A DNA stretch of 64,000 bases. It comes from an uncultured virus (IMG/VR IMGVR_UViG_3300008110_000249). Taxonomy: Duplodnaviria; Heunggongvirae; Uroviricota; Caudoviricetes. Positions 1-10,705 of this stretch are shown piece after piece. The notes under the pieces were generated by a model, which ran no database searches, was not told the DNA's origin, and saw nothing but the letters and a program-made list of their open reading frames with translations. The first letter of the stretch is position 1, and the number at the start of each line of letters is the position of its first letter. Location: the IMG/VR virus record IMGVR_UViG_3300008110_000249; one strand, written 5' to 3'. Position numbers and translations under genes: made by a program.

Positions 1-2
1 CT

Positions 3-659
3 CCTGAGCATTATGAATGTCTAGACTATTGGATTGAAAACGGAATAAATGAGACAATCGAATTAACATATACAACTAACTTTAGTACCCTAAAAGGGTA
101 TAAAGATAAAGACTTGATTGAATATTGGAAAAAATTTCCTAAATTAAAAATTTGGGCTAGTCTTGATGCTCATGGTAAAGTAGCAGAATGTATCAGAAAA
201 GGCACCGATTGGGATCGTATTGTTAATAACATTAAATTGTTAAAAGAACAAGTTCCCCATGCTGAATTTCAAATCACTCCTACTATTAGCATATGGAATG
301 TATTTACTTTTCCTGATTTTTTTGACTATATGGTTAAAGAAGGCTTTATTGATACTAAAAGTAGTCCGCGTTTCAATTTAGCAACTAATCCATGGTATGC
401 TAACATTATGATACTGCCTGTCAGTATAAAACGCAGACTGGCAGAACTATATCGAGTATATCAAAATCGTTATAAAGATAACATAGAAATACATAATGGT
501 TTTAAAATGATAATTTATAATCTAACAGTTGGTGATGAAAACAAAAACGGTATCAAAGAGTTCATTAAATTTAACGAAGAATTAGATGACTTTAGAAAAG
601 AAAAATTAGAAGATATTATACCCGAACTTAAAGAGGTGTTTGATTGGGCAAGAAACTAA
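3..659 (+). CDS. Radical SAM domain protein, C-terminal part (5' truncated by window edge)
   Basis: Frame is open from base 3 (PEHYECLDYW...YTTNFS...WASLDA...IRKGTDW), a typical radical-SAM barrel C-half; the CxxxCxxC motif would lie upstream of the window. Confidence 0.7.
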   Translation, partial: PEHYECLDYWIENGINETIELTYTTNFSTLKGYKDKDLIEYWKKFPKLKIWASLDAHGKVAECIRKGTDWDRIVNNIKLLKEQVPHAEFQITPTISIWNVFTFPDFFDYMVKEGFIDTKSSPRFNLATNPWYANIMILPVSIKRRLAELYRVYQNRYKDNIEIHNGFKMIIYNLTVGDENKNGIKEFIKFNEELDDFRKEKLEDIIPELKEVFDWARN

Positions 660-1624
660 TTGCTATTGAAGCACCAGAGCGTTATGTTGCCATCACGTGG
701 CAAGTAAATAACTTCTGCAATTTTAAATGTAGTTACTGCAACCCTGGCAATTGGGGAGGCAGTAACCGCAATGAAGGTAACTTAGACAAATACTTAGAAA
801 ACTTGGGTATAATTGTAAATCGTTATCGTAGTGCAGGTTATAAGAATTTTAAGTTCTTTTTTAGCGGTGGCGAACCTACAGCATGGGAAAACTTTATTCC
901 TATATGTGAGTGGATACATGAAACATTGCCTAAGTCTACACTAGCAGTCAATACAAATCTAAGCCGCCCTACTGCATGGTGGGAAAAGAACTATCATTTG
1001 TTCGATGACATTGTTGCTAGTTTTCACATTGAATTTGCAGACAAAAAAAGATATGAAGATAACTCAATACTACTTTGTGACAAAGTAAATTACCTTTCAT
1101 CTAAAATACTCATGCATGAAGAAAGATTTTGGGAAGTGGTGGAATTCGCTGAACATTTAAAAACAATAATGCCAAATTATTTTATTGAATGGACTCCTTT
1201 ATATGATGAACTAAGCCATATTACTGGACCATGGCAATATAAAGATCCTGCTAAAACAGAATTTTTTAAAACACACAATATTGAAATGAAATTCACACTA
1301 CCTAAACCGAATAAAAGAACTGAAAATACTGTTAGTTACAACAAATATTCTGATAATTCTACTCAGTTTTGTAATGCGAATGAATTAATTGTTAATGGAG
1401 AAAACTTTTTTAATGGCTGGAATTGTGATGTAGGTGACTGTGTTTTTATTAACCCAGTAGGTGATGTTAGTTTGGCTAGTTGTGGATTGGGGGGTTATGT
1501 AGGACATATTTTAGATGATATATCTAGAGTAATGCCTAAACAAATTGTATGTAGCAAAGATATGTGTATGTGTGGAACTGATATCAACATACCTAAATTT
1601 TATAACACAAAGGCAATGAAATAA
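644..1624 (+). CDS. Radical SAM protein with Cys-rich SPASM/twitch-like C-terminus
   Basis: CNFKCSYC motif, SGGEPT, NTN; C-terminal CDVG...SCG...CSKDMCMCGTD. Confidence 0.85.
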   Translation: MGKKLIAIEAPERYVAITWQVNNFCNFKCSYCNPGNWGGSNRNEGNLDKYLENLGIIVNRYRSAGYKNFKFFFSGGEPTAWENFIPICEWIHETLPKSTLAVNTNLSRPTAWWEKNYHLFDDIVASFHIEFADKKRYEDNSILLCDKVNYLSSKILMHEERFWEVVEFAEHLKTIMPNYFIEWTPLYDELSHITGPWQYKDPAKTEFFKTHNIEMKFTLPKPNKRTENTVSYNKYSDNSTQFCNANELIVNGENFFNGWNCDVGDCVFINPVGDVSLASCGLGGYVGHILDDISRVMPKQIVCSKDMCMCGTDINIPKFYNTKAMK

Positions 1625-1625
1625 G

Positions 1626-2945
1626 ATGAGTACCAATTATAGTCCTATAAAAATAGTGTATAATTGGATAGGTCCTAAAGGACCTATCCCTAATACAGAA
1701 ATTCCTAATTTATTAAATTTGGGCAGTACTATGGATGATGTAACTGTTTTTGGCAACAAATTTTGGGCAGACAATATATGGAGTGGTATATTTTGTAATC
1801 AATCAGGATACGACCTTAGTCCGGCTACTTATTTAGACCAAAATACCGCATTTGTGTACCCCTTCACATTAACATGGAGAATACCTTTTCTTACCTATTT
1901 TTATAATGATTGCGGTTTATTAGAATACGGATATACTTCTAACCAGATAAAACATTTAGTAAGATTACATAAAGGATATTTCTTATTGGATGCATCGGCC
2001 GAAGCATGGGTCGAGAACTTTCACCTAACTGCTATGCACTCTTATTTTGATTTCCATCATATTCCTTTATCAAAAATAATTTATTTGACTGGGTGTATGA
2101 ATGCAAACTCGCTCTACAATGAATGGCTCAACACTAAAGGTATAGTAGACCCCAGACAAAAAATGAATATTATTTCATTTCCCATATCACAAGATTCAAT
2201 CGCTACCTATTTTGACGCTTATAAACCACAAGTTCCTGAATATAATGTAGACAAAGTACCTGAAAAGTTGTTTTTAAGTTGGAATAGACGATTTAGGTAT
2301 CATAGAATTTCGATAGCCTTAGGATTGCATAAATTGAATTTATTGGATAAGTCTTATGTGAGTATGGGAATCACAGATCCTGAAAACATTAATGTTACTA
2401 TAGAAAGCAAATATAATAGTTATTATACTAATGATATAGGTATTTCTTTAGATGATATACATGCTTTTAAAAATAAATTACCGTTGGTCCTTGATGGAGA
2501 AACGGATACTACTAAAATGTGTCAAGATTTCTTGGATTTAAATAGACCATACTATCAAAATAGTTTAGTCAGCATTGTAACTGAGACAAATTATGATGCA
2601 AGAGAAGTTACTTTAACTGAAAAATCATTTAAACCTAGCAAAGAAAAGCATCCGTTTATAGTTGTAGGCGCGCCTAAAACTTTACAAGCATTTAGGGATA
2701 TGGGATTTAAAACATTTAATGAGTTTTGGGATGAAAATTACGATAATATGACAGACCCAAAACAAAGAATGAATGCTATATTTGATGTATTCAAATATAT
2801 AGGATCTTGGAATAAAGAACAGATTGTGGACTTTAGAAAAAAAGTAAAACCTATTTTAGATCATAATTATGAAATTCTGAAAAAAAGACAATCTATTGTA
2901 GTTGCAGATAAAATAAGACAACTGATAATTGATAAAGGCCACTAA
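1626..2945 (+). CDS. Putative glycosyltransferase-like protein (GT10/GT-B-like C-terminus)
   Basis: SLVSIVTET...LTEKSFKP...HPFIVVG...GFKTF...DENYD motif set, resembling the TEK motif of fucosyltransferase-like proteins; sugar-gene context. Confidence 0.5.
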   Translation: MSTNYSPIKIVYNWIGPKGPIPNTEIPNLLNLGSTMDDVTVFGNKFWADNIWSGIFCNQSGYDLSPATYLDQNTAFVYPFTLTWRIPFLTYFYNDCGLLEYGYTSNQIKHLVRLHKGYFLLDASAEAWVENFHLTAMHSYFDFHHIPLSKIIYLTGCMNANSLYNEWLNTKGIVDPRQKMNIISFPISQDSIATYFDAYKPQVPEYNVDKVPEKLFLSWNRRFRYHRISIALGLHKLNLLDKSYVSMGITDPENINVTIESKYNSYYTNDIGISLDDIHAFKNKLPLVLDGETDTTKMCQDFLDLNRPYYQNSLVSIVTETNYDAREVTLTEKSFKPSKEKHPFIVVGAPKTLQAFRDMGFKTFNEFWDENYDNMTDPKQRMNAIFDVFKYIGSWNKEQIVDFRKKVKPILDHNYEILKKRQSIVVADKIRQLIIDKGH

Positions 2946-3922
2946 TGAAAAAAATTCTTGTATGCGGGGGAGGTGGGTTCATAGGAACTCACTTGATAGA
3001 AAAATTAAAAGATCAAGGTAATTATGTTATTGCTGCGGACTTGCATCTTCCTTTATATAGTCAAACTGTAGCAGATGAATTTTATTTAATGGATCTCCGC
3101 TCACAAGAGAATGTAAAAAATTTGATTACATCAAATATTGATGAAATTTATCAATTGGCAGCCGATATGGGTGGTGCCGGATACATCTTCACTGGTGATC
3201 ATGATGCCGATATCATGCACAATAGTTGTCAGATAAATTTAAATATATTAGACACTATGGTAAAAAATAAAGTAAAAAAAGTATTTTATTCTAGCAGTGC
3301 GTGTATGTATCCGGCATACAATCAAGAAGATCCTACTAATCCCCTGTGTAGAGAAACTAGCGCATATCCGGCTGAGCCAGATAGCGAATATGGTTGGGAA
3401 AAATTATTTAGCGAACGACTATATTTAACATATGCAAAAAACTATAATTTAGATGTACGCATTGCACGTTTTCATAATATATTTGGTCCTAGAGGTAGTT
3501 GGAATAACGGAAAAGAAAAAGCCCCGGCTGCATTGTGTCGTAAAGTAGCGATGTCTAAAGATAATGATACTATTGAAGTTTGGGGACCAGGGATACAAAC
3601 ACGTTCATTTTTATTTATTGAAGAGTGTCTTGAAGGTATACAAAGAATAATGAATAGTAATTATACTCTTCCATTGAATTTAGGAAGTACAAAAATGATT
3701 AGTATAAATGATTTAGTTTATACAATCGCAAGATTGGCCAATAAAACAGTACAAATAAAAAATATATCAGGTCCTGTAGGAGTAATGGGTCGTAATAGCG
3801 ATAATGCTTTAATAAGACAAATGATTGATTGGGTACCTGATGAAGATTTAGAATTAGGTTTGATTAAAACGTATAATTGGATACAAGATCAAATAAAATC
3901 AAACAAACAGGATATTAAATGA
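2945..3922 (+). CDS. NAD-dependent epimerase, GDP-mannose 3,5-epimerase-like
   Basis: GGGGFIG Rossmann motif, LAADMGGAGYI, SSSACMYP, YGWEK (YxxxK), EKAPAALCRKV. Confidence 0.9.
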   Translation: MKKILVCGGGGFIGTHLIEKLKDQGNYVIAADLHLPLYSQTVADEFYLMDLRSQENVKNLITSNIDEIYQLAADMGGAGYIFTGDHDADIMHNSCQINLNILDTMVKNKVKKVFYSSSACMYPAYNQEDPTNPLCRETSAYPAEPDSEYGWEKLFSERLYLTYAKNYNLDVRIARFHNIFGPRGSWNNGKEKAPAALCRKVAMSKDNDTIEVWGPGIQTRSFLFIEECLEGIQRIMNSNYTLPLNLGSTKMISINDLVYTIARLANKTVQIKNISGPVGVMGRNSDNALIRQMIDWVPDEDLELGLIKTYNWIQDQIKSNKQDIK

Positions 3923-4788
3923 AAAAACATATAGTAGGCATTGGTTGTAGTTGGACCCAAGGTGAAGGCGGATATCCTGATAAAGTATGGAAAGAGCACG
4001 GTGGTAGAGTTCAAGTGAGAATGCGTAGCGATCATTATCTGCGAAAAATAGAACATGAAAACAGTTGGGTAAACGTATTATGTCGTGATTATTTTCCTGA
4101 GTATGAATCGGTAAATTTAGGAGTCCGTGGTATAGGTAATAAAGCAGCAGTAGAACAACTATATTTCTGTGATACTATAGATTGGAATAATAGCACCGGC
4201 ATAATTGTATTAATGCTTAGTGGATTTGAACGGTTTGATGTGCTTCAACAAAATCCGTATAGTTGGGACGGGGAAGATGATTTTTATTCAACTAATAAAT
4301 ATAGACACTATAAGTGGAGAACCGCGTGGCCCTTCACTTCAGCGGATGGTGACAAATTTTGGGAATGCTATAGCAAAGAATTATGGTCTGAACAATTTGT
4401 AGCAGGTAATCAGATGCTTGCATTACTAGAATTACAAACATTTGCCAAAGCACATGGATATAAAGTTGTAGTAGCAAATGCTTTTAATCAACGCAATGAA
4501 GGTATAGTGCAATATTTATATGATAATGCAGGATATTTGGCTGATAAATTTAATTGGGACTGTTATGTGCATAACACAACTCCTTATACTGCATTTGTGC
4601 AAAAATTAATAGAAATGGATGGATTAATCCCTCCCAATCATTGGGGAGGTTTTCATTCTTATTATCATAAACTTGACTGGCCCGCTAAATATTTGACAAA
4701 CTGCGAAGGTGCCCATCCTACACTTGAGGGATATAAAGTAATAGGTGGGGAACTTGCAGACTTTATCAAATTACGCGGTTATGCCTAA
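3919..4788 (+). CDS. SGNH/GDSL-like hydrolase or acyltransferase
   Basis: N-terminal GCSWTQG (GDS-like block I), NLGVRGIGN (block II), C-terminal GAHP (block V). Confidence 0.65.
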   Translation: MKKHIVGIGCSWTQGEGGYPDKVWKEHGGRVQVRMRSDHYLRKIEHENSWVNVLCRDYFPEYESVNLGVRGIGNKAAVEQLYFCDTIDWNNSTGIIVLMLSGFERFDVLQQNPYSWDGEDDFYSTNKYRHYKWRTAWPFTSADGDKFWECYSKELWSEQFVAGNQMLALLELQTFAKAHGYKVVVANAFNQRNEGIVQYLYDNAGYLADKFNWDCYVHNTTPYTAFVQKLIEMDGLIPPNHWGGFHSYYHKLDWPAKYLTNCEGAHPTLEGYKVIGGELADFIKLRGYA

Positions 4789-6703
4789 AAAGAAAATAAG
4801 TTTCGTTAGTCCAAACTTTCAACAAGGTCCAAAAGAATTTAACGCATATTATTTGCCCTATTCTTGCGGTATACTGTGGAGTTATGCTGCACAATTTCCT
4901 GAGATATATGATAACTATGAACTAGGTGAGTTCATTTGGCGCAGAGACACCATTGAAGAAGCAATAGAAACATTGAAAGATAGTGATATTGTTGGTTTCA
5001 GTGTGTACATTTGGAATAGAAGTTACAGCAACGTATTGGCTAGAGAATTAAAGAAAGCAAATCCCGATATCTTTATTATATGGGGTGGACCTGAGCCACC
5101 TATTGAAAATCCTCATTTCTTTGACAAATTACCTTTTGTTGACATCTGTGTTAAACTTGAGGGTGAAAAGAGTTTCAAATCAATTCTATACCACTATGTC
5201 ACTGATAAAGACTACACTAATATTCCTGGATTGTTAATCAATGATAATGGGAAACTAATAGATACCGGCGACAGTCTGCGTATCGATGATTTAGATACAA
5301 TACCGAGCCCATATCTAACAGATGTATTCAAGCCATTAATGGAAAAGTTTCCAAAGATTCGTTGGAATGCAACATTAGAAAGTAATCGCGGATGCCCCTA
5401 CGCTTGCACATTCTGCGATTGGGGAAGTCTCACATATAACAAAGTTAAGAAGTTTGGTATTGAAAGAGTGTATGACGAATTTGAATGGGTAGGTAGAAAC
5501 AAGTGTGACTTTGTTAGTTTAACTGATGCAAACTTTGGCATCTTTCCTGAGCGTGATAGCATGATTGCTGATAAACTAATCGAAGTTCAAAAGAAATATA
5601 ACAATCCAAAAGCATATACAATCAGTTGGGCAAAGAATCAAAAACGTGAAGTCGTAGAAATTGTTCGTAAGTTAATTTATGAAGGCGGTAGTAAATTAGG
5701 TCTTAACCTGTCAGTGCAGACAATGGATGAAAACGTATTGGATATCATCAAACGCAAAAACCTAGATACTAATAAAATCGAAGAAGTATTTGAACTCTGT
5801 GAACAATACAATATTCCATTATATACGGAATTAATCTTAGGGCTACCCGGGGAAACATTAGACAGTTGGAAAAATAATTTTTATAAATTATTTGAAGCAG
5901 GTAATCACACCGGCATCACTATCTATCAAGCACAGTTGCTTGAAAATGCTGAAATGAATTTGTCTCAGCGCAAGATGTATAGGCTAGAAGGACGTATAGT
6001 TTATGATTATCTAGTTGGGACATACAATGAACATGAACTAAAAGAAGGAATTGAAGTTGTAATATCAACTAGAGATTTACCAAACGATAAAATGATTGAG
6101 GCACAGATATTCAGTTGGTTCATGAATACATTTCATATTAATGGAATTACTAATTATATTAGCCGTGTTTTATATAAAAAAGGCATATCATATCAAGAGT
6201 TTTATAATAGGTTATTAGAGTTTATTAAAAAAGATGAATGGTTAAACAGTGAAATACATCGTATAAAAGAACATTATAGTAATTGGGCTAAACACGGAAG
6301 AATAGATCATGTACCTATTCAAGGTATGGAAATTCATGGTTGGAATCTAATACATAGTACAATTATTAATTTACATAGCGAAGATAAACATGAACATATT
6401 TTTAATGTAATTAAAAAATTTTTAAAAGAATTTAATATAGAAGAATCATTATTAAAAGATTTAATGATATTTCAACAATGTTTTTTAATAAATTATAGTA
6501 AAGCAAAATCGTATCCCTTTAAACTAAAGTTAAATCATGATATATTAGGTTATTTACAAGAAGGTAGAGATTTAAATAAAGTTTGTGAATATGAATTTGA
6601 TTTTCCTGAAAATAAAGAAATGAGTTTACAGCAATTTTGTGAGCAAATATTCTTTGCTCGTAGAAGAAACTTTGGTAAATCATGGATTACTAGGGTAGAG
6701 TAG
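4781..6703 (+). CDS. B12-binding radical SAM protein (class B methyltransferase-like)
   Basis: N-terminal cobalamin-binding region (VGFSVYIWN, WGGPE, EGE), RGCPYACTFCDW, DANFG, LGLPGET; ATG at 4781 preferred to ORF-track 4745. Confidence 0.88.
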   Translation: MPKKKISFVSPNFQQGPKEFNAYYLPYSCGILWSYAAQFPEIYDNYELGEFIWRRDTIEEAIETLKDSDIVGFSVYIWNRSYSNVLARELKKANPDIFIIWGGPEPPIENPHFFDKLPFVDICVKLEGEKSFKSILYHYVTDKDYTNIPGLLINDNGKLIDTGDSLRIDDLDTIPSPYLTDVFKPLMEKFPKIRWNATLESNRGCPYACTFCDWGSLTYNKVKKFGIERVYDEFEWVGRNKCDFVSLTDANFGIFPERDSMIADKLIEVQKKYNNPKAYTISWAKNQKREVVEIVRKLIYEGGSKLGLNLSVQTMDENVLDIIKRKNLDTNKIEEVFELCEQYNIPLYTELILGLPGETLDSWKNNFYKLFEAGNHTGITIYQAQLLENAEMNLSQRKMYRLEGRIVYDYLVGTYNEHELKEGIEVVISTRDLPNDKMIEAQIFSWFMNTFHINGITNYISRVLYKKGISYQEFYNRLLEFIKKDEWLNSEIHRIKEHYSNWAKHGRIDHVPIQGMEIHGWNLIHSTIINLHSEDKHEHIFNVIKKFLKEFNIEESLLKDLMIFQQCFLINYSKAKSYPFKLKLNHDILGYLQEGRDLNKVCEYEFDFPENKEMSLQQFCEQIFFARRRNFGKSWITRVE

Positions 6704-6735
6704 CATGATGAAAAAATATTACTAATTATTTTATC

Positions 6736-7518
6736 ATGAACCTAGACTGGAAAAAATATAAAAGATTTTTTACATTTGGTTGTAGTTTTACTTGTTATGT
6801 GTGGCCTACGTGGGCTGACATAATTCATCAAGAGATGCTTGATAGTGAATTTTATAATTTTGGCAGATCTGGCAGCGGAAATACATTAATTTCATATAGA
6901 ATAGCAGAAGCCAATAATCGATACCAGTTTACTGATACTGATTTAATTATGGTTATGTTCACTACCTTTTGCCGAGAAGATAGATGGGTAAGTGACCAAG
7001 GATGGCTGACAGGAGGTAACATATTTAGCAACCAAATCTATCCAAAATCTTGGGTAAAAGAGTTTGCAGATGAAAAAGGTTATCTTATAAGAGATGCAGC
7101 AGTACTAGATTTGACTATAAAATATCTTAATAATTTATCGTCAACAAGTATATCGATGATGGCCTCCCCTTTTGTTACTAATTCAGAAATATGTGATATT
7201 ACTAGTGAAAAACCAAATGACATTATTTCTGTGTATAAAAATATGTTTACTCAAATAAAACCTTCATTTTATGAGATAGAATTGAATGGAAATTGGACAG
7301 ATTTACGAAGAGATTATATAATTGTCGACGGACATCCTGCACCAATTAGATATTATAATTATTTAGAAAAATTAGGATTCAACTTATCTCCTAAGACAAA
7401 AGAATATGCTATTGAAATGACCGATATATTAAAAACAATTAAAATAAAGGAAAATGTACCTTTATATTTTCCTGAACAAGATATCAATGTAACAAATTCA
7501 CGCACTAAGTTATTTTGA
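6736..7518 (+). CDS. SGNH/GDSL-like protein
   Basis: FGCSFT, NFGRSGSGN, C-terminal DGHP. Confidence 0.65.
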   Translation: MNLDWKKYKRFFTFGCSFTCYVWPTWADIIHQEMLDSEFYNFGRSGSGNTLISYRIAEANNRYQFTDTDLIMVMFTTFCREDRWVSDQGWLTGGNIFSNQIYPKSWVKEFADEKGYLIRDAAVLDLTIKYLNNLSSTSISMMASPFVTNSEICDITSEKPNDIISVYKNMFTQIKPSFYEIELNGNWTDLRRDYIIVDGHPAPIRYYNYLEKLGFNLSPKTKEYAIEMTDILKTIKIKENVPLYFPEQDINVTNSRTKLF

Positions 7519-7613
7519 ATAATTAAATCATATTAGTCAAGATTTTTACGTACCAGCACAGAAAAACATATCATACCGTTGCTGTAAGTAAATAGTATTA
7601 ACAGGAGTTTATA

Positions 7614-9860
7614 TTGGATTTCAATTTAAGAGATTTGGCTGTAAAAGAATTAAAGCCTCATCAACGCCCTACAGAAGATGTTGCTGATGCCCGTCACCGT
7701 AGTATGATGGAAGCAATAGCACCTTATGCTAAAGCAACTATACAAAAAAATCTAACACCGGTTTATGTAAATTATAAAACAAGAAATACTAAACTGATAT
7801 TAGTTCTTTGCCCCGAATGGAGTCCATACATGCCACCGTTTAGTTTAGCAAGACTAAGTGGGGTAGCAAAAAGTGCAGGATACGAAACTCATATAATGGA
7901 TCTTAATGTAAAGGCCTTTAACGCTTTCGAAAAAGATTGGTGGCCGAATCAAAAAATTCCTTTTAGATTGTGGGATCCTAGTTCTAGTTGGCATTGGTTA
8001 GGTGATACATATATAAAAGATATTCACCCTGTATTAGAACCCATATTAAATGAAGCAGTAGATAATATCATAGGAATAAATCCCGATGTTGTTGGGTTCA
8101 GTGTTTACTATATTAGTGAAGAGCCCACTAAGTGGATGTGTCAAGAAATCAAACGTAGGGCCCCACACATTAAAATTGCTGTTGGAGGACCCAATGTGCA
8201 TAAAAGTTGGTTCGCTATTCATCCGTACTATGATTACGTAGTAATTGGTGAAGGTGAAAATAATTTGCTAGTACTGTTGGATGAGATAGAAGAAAAGAAG
8301 AACGTAGAATATCCTCGTATATTATCACAACCGGAAGAAGAAAGAATTAATATTAATGGTTTACCTATGCCTGATTATGAATCAATTGATTTTAGTCAGT
8401 ATGAAGTTCCTAACGGGGTAAACAGTGAAATTAGTAGAGGATGCACTGCAAAGTGTACTTTTTGTGAAGAAACACACTTTTGGAAATATCGTCAGCGTCA
8501 AGCAGTAGATTTAATAACAGAAGTTGAATGGCTTTATTATAATAAAGGTACTGATATTATTTGGTTTATTGATAGTCTTATTAACGGTAACCCCAAAGAA
8601 TTGCGTGCTTTTGCATTAGCACTAAAAGAAAAAGACCTAAAAGTTCGATGGACGGGATATGCTCGTTGTGACGGACGTATGGATTATGAGTATCTAAAAG
8701 ATTTAGCAGATGGCGGTTGTGTTATGTTTAACTTTGGATGTGAATCAGGATCACAAAAAGTACTAGACGACATGGCTAAAGGTATTACCATCAAAGAAAT
8801 GGAGCAAAATTTTATTGATTGTAAAAAAGTTGGTATATGGTGCGCTACTAATTGGATTGTAGGTTTCCCAACAGAAAATTTTCAAGACTTTGCTGACACA
8901 ATGACATTCATGTGGCGCATGCGTAATAATAATGTTAATAATATGGGTCTCGGAGTCGGATATGGTTTAGGCCCAGAGACCATAGTGGGACAGAATCCGG
9001 ACAAATTCCAACTAAGTTGGCATAAGTATCAAGGACATTGGATCACTAATGATTTTAGAATGGGCGGGACTCATCTAATGATTAGAGTTAAAACGATACA
9101 CATGTTACTGGATTTTTTTAAAGGTTGTACCGACGTTCCAATTGGATATCCTATTAGGTTTGCATTAGCAAAAGAGCATTATAAAATTAAATTAAATAAT
9201 ACAAGTACTCAACGGGAAATTGAATATGAACAATTCGATTATAATATTATTAAACCCAATATTAATTCATTTGCAGACACACTCGTTAACGAGATGTGGC
9301 CTTTCTTTAGACAACTATGGCGTATGCGAGGAGGTTATGAAGCCGAAGTTTACTTCAATCCTGAAATTGATTTAAAAGAGTTCGGTACTCAGTACGGACC
9401 CGGCATGTTCAATGCTATATACAAATTTAAAATTAGTGATGATGGTATATGGTCTGCTGATTTTAAAATAAAATTTGATCAAATAGACAACCCATATGAT
9501 GACCGATTGCCTCCTCCTGAAGGACGCAAAGGTCCATTTTATGCACAAGATTATTCTAGAATGCAAAGTAATACAGTAAAACGTGCTAGAAAACTTGCTA
9601 AACCTAGGTGGTCAGTTACTGAGGGTCGTAGTGGGCAAGATTTCGCGGATTTATTAAACGAAGAAAAATATTTAAATGAAACAATTGATTTTTCTTTTCA
9701 TTTGCATTGGCATGGCTCAGGTGACTGGGGTAACTATAAAGAGTATGAAGTTAGAATAAGCGATAAGGCAAGAGAAATTCTCCCTGAAAAAGAAGTAATG
9801 CATACTATTCCAATAACAAATATTACTAGAAACATAATCAATTCGACAACACGGGTATAA
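7614..9860 (+). CDS. B12-binding radical SAM protein (class B methyltransferase-like)
   Basis: PPFSLARL, VVGFSVY, VGGP, IGEGE, SRGCTAKCTFC, GCESGSQKVL, IVGFPTE; TTG start behind AGGAG. Confidence 0.88.
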   Translation: MDFNLRDLAVKELKPHQRPTEDVADARHRSMMEAIAPYAKATIQKNLTPVYVNYKTRNTKLILVLCPEWSPYMPPFSLARLSGVAKSAGYETHIMDLNVKAFNAFEKDWWPNQKIPFRLWDPSSSWHWLGDTYIKDIHPVLEPILNEAVDNIIGINPDVVGFSVYYISEEPTKWMCQEIKRRAPHIKIAVGGPNVHKSWFAIHPYYDYVVIGEGENNLLVLLDEIEEKKNVEYPRILSQPEEERININGLPMPDYESIDFSQYEVPNGVNSEISRGCTAKCTFCEETHFWKYRQRQAVDLITEVEWLYYNKGTDIIWFIDSLINGNPKELRAFALALKEKDLKVRWTGYARCDGRMDYEYLKDLADGGCVMFNFGCESGSQKVLDDMAKGITIKEMEQNFIDCKKVGIWCATNWIVGFPTENFQDFADTMTFMWRMRNNNVNNMGLGVGYGLGPETIVGQNPDKFQLSWHKYQGHWITNDFRMGGTHLMIRVKTIHMLLDFFKGCTDVPIGYPIRFALAKEHYKIKLNNTSTQREIEYEQFDYNIIKPNINSFADTLVNEMWPFFRQLWRMRGGYEAEVYFNPEIDLKEFGTQYGPGMFNAIYKFKISDDGIWSADFKIKFDQIDNPYDDRLPPPEGRKGPFYAQDYSRMQSNTVKRARKLAKPRWSVTEGRSGQDFADLLNEEKYLNETIDFSFHLHWHGSGDWGNYKEYEVRISDKAREILPEKEVMHTIPITNITRNIINSTTRV

Positions 9861-9862
9861 AA

Positions 9863-10600
9863 ATGAAGAAAAAAATCATGTTAATATCTGGGTGTAGCCA
9901 CACCTCAGGTTCTGAGATAGATGGAAATGAAGATGGTGAATACAATAGATTGCATTCATTTGGTGGAGTACTTGCTCAAAAAATGAATTATATGCCTGTT
10001 AATATAGCAGAACCCGGATCTACCAATCCTACAATAGCCCGTTCAATCTTAGAATGGTTTAGTGCAGAGTATGATCCTGATCAAATGGAAGTATTTGTTG
10101 TGATAGGATGGACTGAAATAACACGCATGGAAGTGCCTACTGAAAGAATTAGTTGGTATGATCAAAATTCTACTCATTGGGAATGGTATCCTGAATCAAA
10201 TAGATATTATTGGAGAATTAATATGGGCTGGCCAGGACATGATCCTGAAGAAAAAGAACTGATTGCTAAATACCATAGATTTATAGCAGAAAACGAACGA
10301 TATCTAGAGATAGCAACTCTTAATTTAATATTACAACTACAATATTTCTTAAAATCACATGGTATTGATTACATAATGTGTAGCACTATGCCAATAGTAA
10401 CAAAAAATACACACACTGACTTTTATATTGGATGCGTAGATAGAGATAAATATATGGATTTTATGGATAATGATAAGGCGTTCTATTGGTATTATAAAAA
10501 TTTAGGGTACCAAAATCCAAAAGCAAAATATTTTCATCATGATAGTACCCCTCATCGTTTATATGCAGAAAAATTATATAATTTTATAGAAAGAAAATAA
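9863..10600 (+). CDS. SGNH/GDSL-like protein
   Basis: SGCSHTSG, NIAEPGSTN, VVIGWT, C-terminal FHH...H. Confidence 0.6.
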   Translation: MKKKIMLISGCSHTSGSEIDGNEDGEYNRLHSFGGVLAQKMNYMPVNIAEPGSTNPTIARSILEWFSAEYDPDQMEVFVVIGWTEITRMEVPTERISWYDQNSTHWEWYPESNRYYWRINMGWPGHDPEEKELIAKYHRFIAENERYLEIATLNLILQLQYFLKSHGIDYIMCSTMPIVTKNTHTDFYIGCVDRDKYMDFMDNDKAFYWYYKNLGYQNPKAKYFHHDSTPHRLYAEKLYNFIERK

Positions 10601-10698
10601 TGTTTATTGTAAAATTTTTTAAGAAGTTACTAAGAGAATACAAATATCGCAAGAGAATTAAAGAATTACGTAAACGCGATCCTTTTATCTACAAGTGA
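10600..10698 (+). CDS. Small basic peptide (32 aa, MFIVKFFKKLLREYKYRKRIKELRKRDPFIYK), not in ORF track
   Basis: ATG overlaps the upstream TAA (TAATG coupling); fills the gap to the carbamoyltransferase; ends in PFIY. Confidence 0.7.
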   Translation: MFIVKFFKKLLREYKYRKRIKELRKRDPFIYK

Positions 10699-10705
10699 GA
10701 ATTTA

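Noticed and set aside
7578..7616. Another TAAATA/RBS-masking hairpin before the second B12 radical SAM gene (also 37440-37484 and 61079-61137)
   Set aside because: Stems are short, mismatched or purely A/T and could arise by chance in AT-rich DNA
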